DNA of 64,000 nucleotides from Octopus sinensis (GCF_006345805.1 NC_043015.1:26722001-26786000); one strand, 5' to 3'; shown: positions 41,240 through 55,174, numbered from the stretch's first letter. Translations and numbers: made by a program. The notes: generated by a model from the letters alone, not told the origin.

Positions 41240-41560
41240 CTGATTATAGTTCTGCTCCGAGTAGTATTGATAAAATGAAGAAGTAGAATCACAAACTTGA
41301 AGAAACCTTTCGTTTTGGTATTTGTGCGCATCCTCGTTTAATGGCTGCCTTCAGTGTGATGACTGTTGCTTGTTTATCTTTAAAGTATCCTCGTAAAATA
41401 TCTAGAGATACAAAGTCCCGTCACTGCGTAGGTAATTCTACTGAAAGTCTTCGCATAATCCACCTATTTGGCAAAATCTCATCATGGCAGGCCTTTACAT
41501 ATGTATAGTAGTGTTAAGGGGCCTCGTCTTCCTGGAAATAAAACTCCATACCTTCCACGT
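41240..41560 (+). mobile_element. Possible degraded Penelope-like C-terminal/GIY-YIG region
   Basis: Weak similarity of frameshifted translation; adjacent inverted repeat. Confidence 0.25.
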
Positions 41561-41701
41561 CTTCTTGAATGCTTGGCATGACAAACGTCGCAGTATGTTT
41601 AAATAATCGGGTCCAATCACAGAGCCGTCAAAAAAGGAATGCTCCAATTAATGAGTTTATTATAAGCTACATCATACTGTAACATAAATTACTATGAAGA
41701 T

Positions 41702-41995
41702 TTCCCTTCTTGACTTGGTCAAAAATCTAAAGAAGAGAAAATTTTAATGGAACAGTGAATAAGACAAACACTAACAAATCAAAATGCAATTTCATCTTGT
41801 ATGCCAATAAATATCGGAGTAACAGTGTATGTAACTGGACAGAAAAATATGTTAAAGTAATATCGTTGAAGTTCGAATCTTTCGAAATGAGTGCAGCTCA
41901 AATTTATATATGTATGATTTGTTAGTGTTTGTTTTATTCACTGTTCCATTAAAATTTTCTCTTCTTTAGATTTTTGACTAAGTCAAGAAGGGGAA
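41702..41995. repeat. Inverted repeat, ~80-bp arms, ~133-bp spacer
   Basis: ttcccttcttgacttggtcaaaaatctaaagaagag...ctaacaaatc (41702-81) vs reverse complement at 41915-95. Confidence 0.92.
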
Positions 41996-42190
41996 GATAC
42001 CCAAATAAAAATACCAGATCGGTTCTTGTCTGACTGATTTCACTGTATTCAAGTTACACAGCTACCAACGCAGTTAAATTTGCGCTCCGCTAATAGCGTT
42101 ATTACGGTATATATTTTTCATGATTATTTATTTGTCAATGATGGGCTTACTTCTAGATTTTGGAGTGAATAACTTATATTGGCTATATAT

Positions 42191-42223
<33 letters not shown>

Positions 42224-42823
42224 TATAATTATTAGGGAAGATTAATTCCAAGTCCACAGGAATGAGACATTCAAATTAAAGGTGCTAAAGTGAACTTCTC
42301 TCAATATTTTATTCATATATATAAAAGTAGTTTAATTTTCGCCGGGAGGCGACCACAAATAGATAAGTTAACATTCGTTTTGTTCATTATTATTATTTTT
42401 ATTCTTTATTCGTATTTTTATCCACTTTTATTCCTTAAATTTTTGTTCCTTAAATTTTAAAGTTTTATTCATTATTTTTATTTTTATTCTTATTCATTAA
42501 TTTGTAAAGTAAAATTATGTTAAAGATTTTTAGTCAAATAATTTCAATTATCACAGAGTTATATAGGATGTAGATAGAATAATAAATGTGTAGACTCTAG
42601 ACCTGAAGATTGGGAGTACGTGGACCTAATTGAGTATTGAAACTAGAGATCTTATACCTCAATAATAGCGACATACTGTCATGAAACACGTGTTGTCTTT
42701 AAAATGGAAAGTATGGGTTTCTGAATAGATATAGTAAGTATCATATTTAATATTTTATGGCTCAGTCGTGTATAACATCTTTCAATGTTGATCGAGTTGA
42801 GAGTGGTTCTGTCTCTAAAACTA

Positions 42824-42870
<47 letters not shown>

Positions 42871-42872
42871 TA

Positions 42873-42908
<36 letters not shown>

Positions 42909-42930
42909 TGTATGTATGTATGTATGTATA

Positions 42931-43216
42931 AATTAACATTCCGCCTACAATTGTTTCACTTCCCAACCAAAATTAAAACTACAAAACATATATAAATGTG
43001 TAATTTTGCATTTTGAAATACCTCGAATGGAAAAAAACATCAGGGTGCACAAATATTTAGATATATATTCTGAATATTCCAACGAATCATAATGATATCC
43101 ATGTGCAAACTGATATTTTCTATCCAAGGTATTTTAAAATGCAAAATTATATATCTATGTTTTGTAGTCCTAATTTTGGTTGAGAAATTAAACAATAGTA
43201 GGTGAATATGTTAATT
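42931..43216. mobile_element. Fold-back/MITE-like element with ~115-bp imperfect TIRs
   Basis: aattaacat..caaccaaaatta..actacaaaacata..aattttgcatttt.aaatacc matches the reverse complement at 43104-43216. Confidence 0.7.
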
Positions 43217-43522
43217 GATTCATAAAATAATTTGTATTCGTTAGATCTCTCTGCTTTCAAACTCGATAACAATATTTGATATTTTACGATATTTTATGTA
43301 ATATATTCATTAAAGAGATATTTCTTCAAAATACATATTTAACAAGAGTATCTTGGATAAAAATATCACTATAAGACGTTTAAATATCCTCATTCTGAGT
43401 ACACACACACACACATATATATATATATATGTATACTCACACGTGCACACATATATGTATATATGTGTATATACTTGTGATTATACATACACACACACAC
43501 ACACACACCACACACACACACA

Positions 43523-43605
<83 letters not shown>

Positions 43606-43762
43606 ATATATATAGTGAGGTAGTTATGGTGAAGCTACACAACTACATTCTTTAAAGTTATATATATTTATATGTGAGTGTGTGTGTGTGTGTATGTGTA
43701 TGTAGGTAGGTAGCAAAGCGTATATTTATATATACACATATTCACATCTACATTTATATATA

Positions 43763-43844
43763 CAGTTGCGGCCAAAATGTTCAGAACGCCATTGTTTTTG
43801 TATGAAAAGTAGGTATAAGTTTTTATCAAAGTTGTTTTATATTC
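43763..43844. mobile_element. Isolated copy of the Tc1 left terminus
   Basis: cagttgcggccaaaatgttcagaacg...tttttatcaaagttgttttatattc, ~90% like 44080-44161. Confidence 0.85.
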
Positions 43845-43883
43845 ATGTATATATATGTATGTATATGTAAGTATATATATACA

Positions 43884-43924
<41 letters not shown>

Positions 43925-44036
43925 ACTCACACGTGCACACATATATGTATATATGTGTATATACTTGTGATTATACATACACACACACACACACACCACA
44001 CACACCACACACACACACACACCACACACACACACT

Positions 44037-44077
<41 letters not shown>

Positions 44078-44079
44078 TA

Positions 44080-45505
44080 CAGTTGCGGCCAAAATGTTCA
44101 GAACGGCATTGTTTTCGTCAGTAAAGTAGATATAAGTTTTTATCAAAGTTGTTTTATATTCTATAATTTTCACAGACAATAAATACAATATCAATTATTA
44201 TTGCCTGAGATTTTGGTGTAATTTGAGAGGATAATATAAATGTTATGGATGATTTAGTGATTTACTGCAAAACCCATGGCGGCCAAAATGATCAAAACGG
44301 TTGAAAAAATAACAAAATAATCAAAAATGACAGAGAATACTGGAATTATTTAATATTTAGTGTGAAGCCCTTTAGCTTCAATCACACTTTGACATCTTCG
44401 ACTGCATGAGGAAATTAAATTTTCAATTTCTTGCTGGGTGATCTTATTCCATTCTTCATGAAGGGCATTCCATAATTGCTCGGTTGTTTTAGGATTTCTG
44501 GCTTTCAAACGTTCTCCTAGAATATTCCACACATTTTCAATAGGATTAAGATCTGGGCTTTGAGCAGGCCAATCCATAACAATAATCTTTTCAGCCTTGT
44601 GGAAGTTCATGACCACCTTAGCCTTGTGACATGGGGCATTGTCCTGCATGAATATGGGTGATCGCTTAGTTGAATTTCTCAGCACAGGCAAGGCATGATC
44701 TTTTACAAGTTGTTTATAAACTCCTGCATTTACCTTTCCATGTAATCGCACCAAAGGGCCCGTACCGTCTCCAGATATCATCCCCCAAACCATGACACTT
44801 CCTCCACCGAATTTAACACTAGTCTTAAGGCATTTAGGCGACAATTTTTCACCTCCTTTTCGACAAACATACCTTTTCCCATCTGAGCCAAATAACATAT
44901 ACTTAGATTCATCACGGAAATGCATCGTTTGCCATTTTTCTTGAGACCACAACACATGTTCGGTTGCAAAGGTAAGACGACACTTTTTATTCTTGGAGAT
45001 GATCAGTGGCTTCACTGCAGGTGCTCTTGCTTGTAGGTCATGTTCAACTAAACGACGAGACACAGTTTTTCGAAATAAAGTTTTATTCAGTACAATGCTC
45101 ATTTCCCGAGAAACAGCAGCAGCAGTTTTAAATCTGTCCTTTTTAACCAACTTTACCATAGCACGATCTTCTCACTTGGCCGTTTTTCTTGGCCTACCTG
45201 TAGACTTTCTTGTTTCACACGAACCACAATCATCGTAGACCTTAAGAATACCGTGAACAACACTTTTTCACTTGTTAACAATCTTTGCAATAGACCCAAA
45301 TTCTTAAATTATCCTTCTTTCGAAGCTTAATAATCTGCTGAAGAATTGGTAACGGAGTAAGTGGCATTATATTAACAAAGTACACTGCAGATACTCTTAC
45401 TAATGTTTAGTAAACGAACCGTCAGGTAAACAAATTCAAAACATTAAAGTTCACCGGTTAAATATACTAAAACACGGAGTAAAAGCAACCGGTCTGATCA
45501 TTTTG
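44080..45505 (-). mobile_element. Tc1 (DD34E) transposon with IR/DR-type end; promoter-side end truncated
   Basis: TA-CAGTTGCGGCCAAAATGTTCAGAACG terminus; inner repeat at 44279-44300 and its inverse at 45489-45505. Confidence 0.9.
44350..45159 (-). pseudogene. Tc1 transposase: catalytic domain open, N-terminus disrupted
   Basis: DESKY, MQDNAPCH and SPDLNPIE with D34E spacing; upstream STGRPRKTAK* contains a stop. Confidence 0.9.
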
Positions 45506-46307
45506 AATGATGTCTAATGTATATATTACATCATGGTATAGATAAAGAAAATTAGTGATTCGATAAATTTCATTGACAAAATGTTTACAGGACCGAAATA
45601 AATACTGTGGGGCGGGGGGCATATTATTGTCGAAATCCCTAAAAATTCTATGTAGCCAACACCAGGTTCAAGTCACTGAAACGAGCGGCTCTTGTAAGGC
45701 GTCATGTAATTTGCATTCACATACAGTTTAATTTTTATTTGTTTTTCTTTTGACTGGTTAACATTGGAGATTACTTCCGTTGGGTTTTTAACTATTTCAG
45801 TGTGATCCTAGTCTTTATTCGTTATTGTTTTATTCTTTATGTTTTCTGAAGACGATTTCGAATAACCTTCATATAAAGCAAGTACGTAACAGTAGTAACC
45901 CGATAAACAAATTGCAAAACAAACCTTCAACTAAACAAAATTAATATCCATTTACACTTTGGTGAACTTACTAATAGGAATGTCACGAAGAATCGTGTAG
46001 GAGAAGCAATGCTAAAAGTAAGAAAAAAACCGAAAAGCAAAAAGAAACGAAGAAATATCAACACAATAAATTGTGTAATAAATGAGTTGGCTACAAAACC
46101 GATGCAGAGAATATGGAGATTAAAGAAAGACATATGTGCAAAAGAAATATGTGCAAAACGATTTACGACACATGTAGATAGAGTTAAGAAAAAATGACGC
46201 CTAAACTAATAGCATGGACGCAAAACTACGAACAAATAAGAATATATACACACACATAAATATACATATATACATACATGTAATTATAAATGAGCAAATA
46301 TATACAG

Positions 46308-46374
<67 letters not shown>

Positions 46375-46386
46375 TAATATATATAT

Positions 46387-46418
<32 letters not shown>

Positions 46419-46697
46419 ATATAATATATATATATAATATATATATAAATAGTTACATATGAAATACACAAACACACACATACATATATATGGAAATATA
46501 TATATATACATATATTACACATATAAACATATGATTACACATAAAAACATATGCGTATTAAAAATAAAATACAAATATATATACATACTTGTAATATATA
46601 TATAAATGTACATAGATAAATATATATGTATATATAAATATTCACATAAATTTATATATATATATATACATATATATATACTTATACATATGTATAT

Positions 46698-46747
<50 letters not shown>

Positions 46748-46749
46748 TT

Positions 46750-46958
46750 ATTATCCACAAGGGGCTAAACATAGAGGGGACAAGCAAGGAAAGACACACG
46801 GATTAAGTCGATTACATCGACCCCAGTGCGGCGTAACTGGTAGTTAATTTATCGACCCCGAAATGATGAAAGGCAAAGTCAACCTCGGCGGAATTTGAAC
46901 TCAGAACGTAGCGGCAAGCATTTCGCCCGGCGCGCTAATGTTATGCCAGCTCGCCGCC
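46750..46958 (-). mobile_element. SINE family A
   Basis: Ends ...gccagctcgccgcc (reverse complement of the head). Confidence 0.9.
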
Positions 46959-46999
46959 TTAATATATACATATAATATATATATAATATATAATATATA

Positions 47000-47186
<187 letters not shown>

Positions 47187-49038
47187 TATATATATACTCA
47201 CACACACACACACACATATATATACATATATAGGATAGATACATAAATATACATAAACATTAAGTTGAGAAGCCGGAAACTAAACTATTGATTGCGTCAA
47301 ATGTAAGTCTTTACAATCTCACGCAGTTCAATAGTTCTTTCTTTTCTATTGTTTTTTACTTTCCGTCTTTCTCCCAGAAAATCAACCACGACTAATATAC
47401 AGAGCATTTATTATTAACATAAATAATCACAGATTATGATTCCAATGACAAAATTATTTTTGTTTGTTATTCTCTTAGAGAACTCATTAATATGCATGTC
47501 TATAAACATATTTGTGTATTTGTGTGTGTGTCTGTGTATATATCTATGTATACATATACATATATAACTTAAAATAACTTAGAAAGGTTTTGGCCAGTAT
47601 TGGCCCAGACCATGTCTAACTTAATAGCACCACCTGGCCCCTCATATATGGCCCCAATATATTTCTTTTTTCTTCGAGATATAAATATATACATATATAT
47701 ATACAGGGAATGTTTCCTTTTTTTAGTTTGCTCAAACTTATTCTTCGTTCAAAAAATGGATTTTCAAGAAAGTATTTTACAAGATATTGTAGGAAAATTT
47801 CTAAGGAGGATATGTGAAGATGTGATGAGCAAGTCCTCAAAATATTGAAATATTCTTGTAACTGTCGATGAAGTTTATGTAACTACTTTCTAAGTGTTTT
47901 GGCATCCTTAACCCAAATGAGAGCAGAGAAAATTTATAGAAATCCATAAAGTTGATTTCTAAGTGAATGTATTTTTTAATCTCACTTTTGTCATGTGTCT
48001 TCTGCAGATCAGTAGATCAGTGGCACATTTAATCCACTGCTTATTGCTCCATCTGTTTTCTTCCTGAGTCACTTAATAGCAGAATGTTTGGCTAATAGAT
48101 TTATGTTTTTATAAACTAATATGCGGAGATGTCTTAACAGCGATTATAAATTCATATAAGCTTAGTATTATCGTCAAATCTGTCCTTTACTTTTGTATTG
48201 TGTAACCTAGATTATTCACTTCGCAATTAGTTAAACTTTGTTTCTGAAGCCATTCCATTTGATAGGAAGTTCCAATAATAAAAAAAAAAACTTCTAAATT
48301 TTGCCTGTCAGATATTTTCCGATTAACTTTGAAACATCAAACCGTTTTAGACGATAAATCTTCTAATGCTTTAAGTTTGGCTTAATTAGTACTTCAGGTT
48401 AGTTTGGACAAGACTATGTTCTGTGTCAAAACATTTCACCTCTTAACATCTAGACATATTTCACATCATTCGAATCTTTTCTTATAGTTAGAACTAAATC
48501 AATCACGTACCATTTCTCAGAGTTTAGACGTACACAAGTACCTTTGTCAATATATTTATGTGCACAGAACAAGTTACAAATAGCAGAATTCAGTACATAT
48601 ATAGCGAAATAAACCTTTGGGCTTTAACTTTGATTACTTCCTTCTTCGATGTCTTATACAGTTCCATAATTCGAAATTTTCAACAACTCATGCATTGAAG
48701 TCTCAAAAAATTATATTTTATTTTCAGTTTGAAATTTTTGCAATAAGACTTTTCAGTTGCTCATAAAACGTATTTTTATTCTGAGAGCAGTACATTGTTG
48801 GTGCATAGACAGTGATGAACGTCACTGACTCCCTACGTTATAGAGACAAGATCATAAACATAAGTCCGTCATTTCAGTGCTTCACTAAGAAATGGAGCTA
48901 AAGTTGGGCTAACCGGAAAACTGACACCACATACCGTTCTCTAAATTTCCTCTCTTCCATGCCAGGAAGTAATACAGCACAGGTCAAACGAGTCTCATAC
49001 AAGGCAGTAAAATCTACTCCATACGTCACAAGTTTCTT

Positions 49039-49108
<70 letters not shown>

Positions 49109-49710
49109 GCTACTACACACATTTTTCTCTCCTTTTTTTCCTGTGTACCTTTCTGTAGAAGAGCATAGGATCGAAACGTAAAAGACTTTTTCTATTCCTG
49201 AGCGCTATACTAATACATCTGTTTGTTTTGTACACTACCTGTATTTGTCTTTTGTTTTTTTTCGTAAACTTTCCCTATATATATATATATACAAATTGAG
49301 ATAGGGGTTGTAAATGCAACCCTCTATGGGATGACGTATATCCAATATACTGCTAGTCAAGTACCCAACAAAGTTAATACATAAATGTTAATGATTGCGA
49401 TGCAATCAATTCATTTACTGTATTATATGGGCAAAGGTAAAATGATTTACCACAAATTACTAATACAAGATAAGAAAATGGAGAAATACATCTAAATCAG
49501 ATATCAATTACCAGATAATACTCAATCACATACTTTATTAAACCACCACATAAGAGACTATAGGGTTAAATATAAAAAGCAGAACAAATCAGTGTACATA
49601 AAGGAATGTACATAAAAAAGTGTACATAAAAGAGTAATGTTGTATAATAATTAGAATATGTATAAAAAAGAATATAAATACAAGTAAATATAAATATAAG
49701 TATAAATTAA

Positions 49711-49837
49711 ATCTTACAGCTGCTTCGGCCATGTCGATAATTATGTCTCATTTTACCAATATTAGCCCTTTATGGTTGGTCAATATATAGATATAAATGA
49801 GACATTAACAAAAATATCACAAGGCCTCTTCGGAGAT
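49711..49837 (-). ncRNA. Hammerhead-like motif, left arm (GAAA mutated to GAAG)
   Basis: Mirror of 52177-52303. Confidence 0.45.
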
Positions 49838-50953
49838 TATGTAATATAACACAGTCTACACATATACCCACATGGGTGTGGGTGCGTACCCACAATACAA
49901 CATATATATATCCATATGAGTACATATAATCACACTCCTATGCATATAAAAAAATATACATTTACATAATGATATAAATAAATAATATAAATTAGTAAAC
50001 ATATATGTGTTCCACACACAATGTCTCAGTTTTTCGACTTAATATTGTGATAATAAACATACACAAATTAATACCTAGATGTAAATATACATAGTCAATA
50101 GTACATTATATTACTTCATAATAGTTTCCAAAGTGTCATTAAAGTTAGTATCATTATCGTTGTCAATACAATTAATGTTATCATTGTTATCATTCATAAT
50201 ATTATTAATAACTCTTACATTATGATCCAGAGCAGAATATATGTATGTCCGCGTTCCAGTTAATAATTTTCCTTACGGCATAAATATACTATTTGATTTG
50301 AATTTAAAATTATCATTATCTTCCTCACGGTTGGTCAATTGAGAACCGCCCGACCTCCACCACACCGTACAAGCGAAACATACACATCCACATCTAACCC
50401 TAAACCCATACATCCACACAGAGACTCACACACACATGTACACACACATGAATACACCCCGACACATCTCTACAATAAATTGGAGAGTGCATGTCTGTCA
50501 TCAGGCAGCAGTGTCTAACACTAACACACACACTCACACGCACATCCGTATATATGCATAAATATTAATACACTTTCCTATACTGTGTCAGGGAACTTTC
50601 GCACACACATATATATATATATTCTTAAATATATATCTGCGCACTCATACGTACAAATAAAACCCATATTTATACCTACCCATGAATGAATATTCGCATA
50701 TACATATATACACATCCAAGCACGCACCTGCGTGTTTATATGTGTAATAAAAACATACATCCGTACATCCACCCACGATCATACCTATATGTACAAAAAC
50801 ATATATACTTACACATACACATTTTCACACACCTACAGAGGTTACTATTAATTTAGAATAAGTTTATTAATTATAAGTTAAATCAATTATAGATTAGTAA
50901 GTGCCAAATAAACAAAAATAAATAATTAAATAAATAAATATGAATATATATAT

Positions 50954-51031
<78 letters not shown>

Positions 51032-52176
51032 CACATATCCATGTATAGATAAATAGATAAATAAAATGGAATACAGTTAAGGAGGGCATAAAGATAAACC
51101 TAATATAGTAAGTATAAGTGGATACGTCGGGGTGCACCCACATGCACATACATGTGCGTGCACGCCCTCGCAAAACCCCCAATAAACCAACCGTAAAAAA
51201 AGGGGGAATCCCACATTATATGCTCATCGAGATAAACAACTTATAGTAATTATAGACTCTTACATATTACATATTGGTATATTAAAAACTCAAACTAGTG
51301 CCCTAAGATATGATGCACCTATACATCTTACACCTATAAAAGACACTGTGGGGTTCCGAATATCATGCATATATCATAATAACTATATATTTTTGTATAT
51401 TTTTTCAGTCGGGACAGAAACAATTAATGTAGAACACATACATGGAGACACAATAGTTATAAATTATAAATTGTAAGGACCAATAGTACAGTCCTATATA
51501 GATGAATGCTAAAAGGTTACTGGTAGAAGAATTAGATGTTATTTAAATCTAGAGAAAGTGTACGCCAATTTGTGAAGGCAAAAAAAATTTCGCTGTGTAG
51601 ATGTATGGGTTTAGGGTTAGATGTAGATGTGGGTGTTTTGCTTGTACGGTGTGGTGGAGGTCGGGCGGTTCTCAATTGACCAACCGTGAGGAAGATAATG
51701 ATAATTTTAAATTCAAATCAAATAGTATATTTATGCCGTAAGGAAAATTATTAACTGGAACACGGACATACATATATTCTGCTCTGGATCATAATGTAAG
51801 AGTTATTAATAATATTATGAATAACAATGATAACATTAATTGTATTGACAACGATAATGATACTAACTTTAATGACACTTTGGAAACTATTATGAAGTAA
51901 TATAATGTACTATTGACTATGTATATTTACATCTAGGTATTAATTTGTGTATGTTTATTATCACAATATTAAGTCGAAAAACTGAGACATTGTGTGTGGA
52001 ACACATATATATGTTTACTAATTTATATTATTTATTTATATCATTATGTAAATGTATATTTTTTATATGTATAAGAGTGTGAGTATATGCACTCATATGT
52101 ATATATATATATGTTGTATTGTGGGTACGCACCCACACCCATGTGGGTATATGTGTAGACTGTGTTATATTACATA

Positions 52177-52303
52177 ATCTCCGAAGAGGCCTTGTGATAT
52201 TTTTGTTAATGTCTCATTTATATCTATATATTGACCAACCATAAAGGGCTAATATTGGTAAAATGAGACATAATTATCGACATGGCCGAAACAGCTGTAA
52301 GAT
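52177..52303 (+). ncRNA. Putative type I hammerhead with long helix-II insertion and CCGAAGA core variant
   Basis: ATCT-CCGAAGA-GGCC..~92 nt..GGCC-GAAAC-AGCT-GTA-AGAT. Confidence 0.6.
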
Positions 52304-52546
52304 CTAATTTATACTTATATTTATATTTACTTGTATTTATATTCTTTTTTATATATATTCTAATTATTATACAACATTACTCTTTTATGTACACTTTTTT
52401 ATGTACATTCCTTTATGTACACTGATTTGTACTCCTTTTTATATTTAACCCTATAGTCTCTTATGTGGTGGTTTAATAAAGTATGTGATTGAGTATTATC
52501 TGGTAATTGATATTTGATTTAGATGTATTTCCCCATTTTCTTATCT

Positions 52547-52587
<41 letters not shown>

Positions 52588-52684
52588 TATATAATATAAT
52601 TCGAGACAAAACCACTACTTTGCAAAACCAACAAGGAAAGACTTAATCAATACATAAACATTTTTAATATAAAGAAATAAACCG

Positions 52685-52727
52685 CCACTACAATCGTTTC
52701 ATGTCTTCAATGACATTCGTCAGGTGG
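52685..52727 (-). ncRNA. Putative minimal type I hammerhead ribozyme
   Basis: Minus strand CCAC-CTGACGA-ATGTC attgaa GACAT-GAAAC-GATT-GTA-GTGG. Confidence 0.75.
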
Positions 52728-53164
52728 ACTTTCGATCTAAAATATCAATATATTAAAATATAAGTTTAAAATAATAAAATTATCAATGAAAAATATAAAT
52801 ATATATAATCTATATATAATCTATATATAATCTAAAATAAACCCTATAAACAATTGAATATAAAGAAACCTATTATTAAAGTTCTCATATTTAAAGATGT
52901 ACAAAAAACAAAAAACAAAAAACAAAAAACAAAAACAAAAACAAAAACAAAAGACATACATACATACATACATACATACATACTTACATACATACATACA
53001 TACATATACTTCAACCATGTAAGTACACACGTGCTGTTGGCGATTGTTTTTCCTTCTCCGAGCCATGATCGAAACGTCAAAACGTCTCTTTTTTTTACTG
53101 AACATTCTTTGTGCACGTCCTCTTCTCTATTAATTTTATTATTAGTTTAATTGCATTGATTGTT

Positions 53165-53580
53165 TATTTGAATTGACAATATATATATATTCTTTTATTT
53201 TTTATTATTTTATATGTTTCAGCCCTGAGACTTTGGCTACACTGGGGCACCGCAAGTGTAATCACCTTTTAATTGCCCAATTCTATGGGACTGACTTTTC
53301 GTGAATGAGGGAATTCGATTCCGCTGCCCTCTTTTAAGTTTCCTGCCTTGATATCGGTTCATCTGGGATCTTGGATAGCAAGATGTCATGTTGTTTTTTG
53401 AAAACATCTAGTCCCACTCCAGATATTTTGGCAAGAAGTTAGATAGTTGTGGGCCTTTGAATCCCAAGCTATTGCATTACCAATTCCTCACCTTAGATGA
53501 GACTGCTGGGACTTTTGGAACAGTGCAGCGACATCTAATTCGAGGTTTGGTATAACTCTCAATTCCAAAGTTTGGTGCCA
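53165..53580 (-). mobile_element. CR1-like LINE 3' end
   Basis: NSLGFKGPQL..FLPKYL..LSKIPDEP..RAAESNSLIH; tail gcggtgccccag..gggctgaaac. Confidence 0.7.
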
Positions 53581-53693
53581 ACCGTTCCAGCATCTTCTAC
53601 ATATATACAACTGTATACCTCTCCTGTCGTCGCTCCATGTAGTAGAGTTGTAGCTCTCTCAGATAGATTTATATACTTTACTTCGTTGTGTGT

Positions 53694-53740
<47 letters not shown>

Positions 53741-54825
53741 TGTGGTGTGTGTGTGTGTGTGTGTGTATGAGTATTGTTTGGTTGCCTCCATCAAACTATT
53801 TTATAAATGATGATACCAACGTTGAGCAATAACCAATACGATAAAAATATCTGTAGGTGAAAATCTTTATCGGTGCTATTTTGCCATATATTGACTCTCA
53901 TGGAACAGTGGAACAGTTATTAAGCTTAAAACATGTAAGCTATGATCAGCCAATAATTTTTGTGTACTAGAAATATGGTACCTTAGACTACTTTATTTAT
54001 AAGTTACTAAGCTGTGATTAAAGGGAAAATTCACCGGTCTTTTTGGGAAGTGGAACTGGTATTTTGTTTTCGTGTATCTAATCACTATCATCGCTATATA
54101 ACTGCATATCTTTCTATTCAACTTATACATAATATAACAAAGTCGAGACGAATAACTAATCTAGAGAATACGATAGAAATAACTTCGCTCGATCAACTAC
54201 CTCTGCGACTATAAGTCATTAATATCAACAACTACAGCAGCAGCAACAACAACAATAATGTGAACAACGCTACCAACTACAACAATATGACACAATAATG
54301 ATTCGGACGCCATTGTAATGAAGAATTTTTTCTTTCCTTTCCACCAATTTTCTTTTTCACTTTAAAATGATATGATATCCAGAATAAATTAAGTGTGTTC
54401 GTGTATGTGTGTGTGTGTGTGGTAATGTATGAGTGTGTGCTTGTGTGGATACGCGTGTGTTTGTAGAAGAATGTGTGTCTGTTTATGCGAGTGTGTGTGA
54501 GTGAGGCGTGTTTTGTGTGTGTCTATATAGTTATATGAACTTGCATGTATACAAATACACACAGCTCACACTCAGATACAAATACATATATTTATATTAT
54601 CAAATACATGCACAACCATACACACATATTATACGCATATTTATGTATTCCCTGTAATATATATGTGTGCGTGTGCGTGTGTGTGTATGTATGTAGATAT
54701 ATGTGCGTATGTACATATATATATTTATTTATATATTATACGTGTGTGTGTGTGTGTGATAATATAATACAGACACAATCACATTAACCCCCTCTCCCAC
54801 ACATATTTACATATATATATACCTA

Positions 54826-54876
<51 letters not shown>

Positions 54877-54957
54877 ATATGTATATATATATATATATAT
54901 ATAGATATATATATATATATTATATATATATATATATAGATATATATATATAATATA

Positions 54958-54998
<41 letters not shown>

Positions 54999-55113
54999 CA
55001 TACATATATATACACACACACATTTACACATACCTACAAAAGAATAATTCTATATGCACGTCTACATACACACGTTCAGAGTGTGTGTGTTTGTGTGTAT
55101 GTCAATGTCGGTG

Positions 55114-55174
<61 letters not shown>

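Larger units (their letters stand above)
49464..52550. repeat. Long inverted repeat: arms 49464-50421 and 51593-52550, ~1.17-kb spacer
   Basis: Arms are reverse complements with only scattered substitutions and microsatellite indels. Confidence 0.97.

Noticed and set aside
47740-47890. Possible DNA-transposase fragment (ILVTVDEVYV)
   Set aside because: A single short motif with no supporting context
49152-49186. Hammerhead-like tagaagagcataggatcgaaacgta (and gagccatgatcgaaacgtc at 53060-53078)
   Set aside because: CUGA core absent; treated as degenerate Penelope-type ends only
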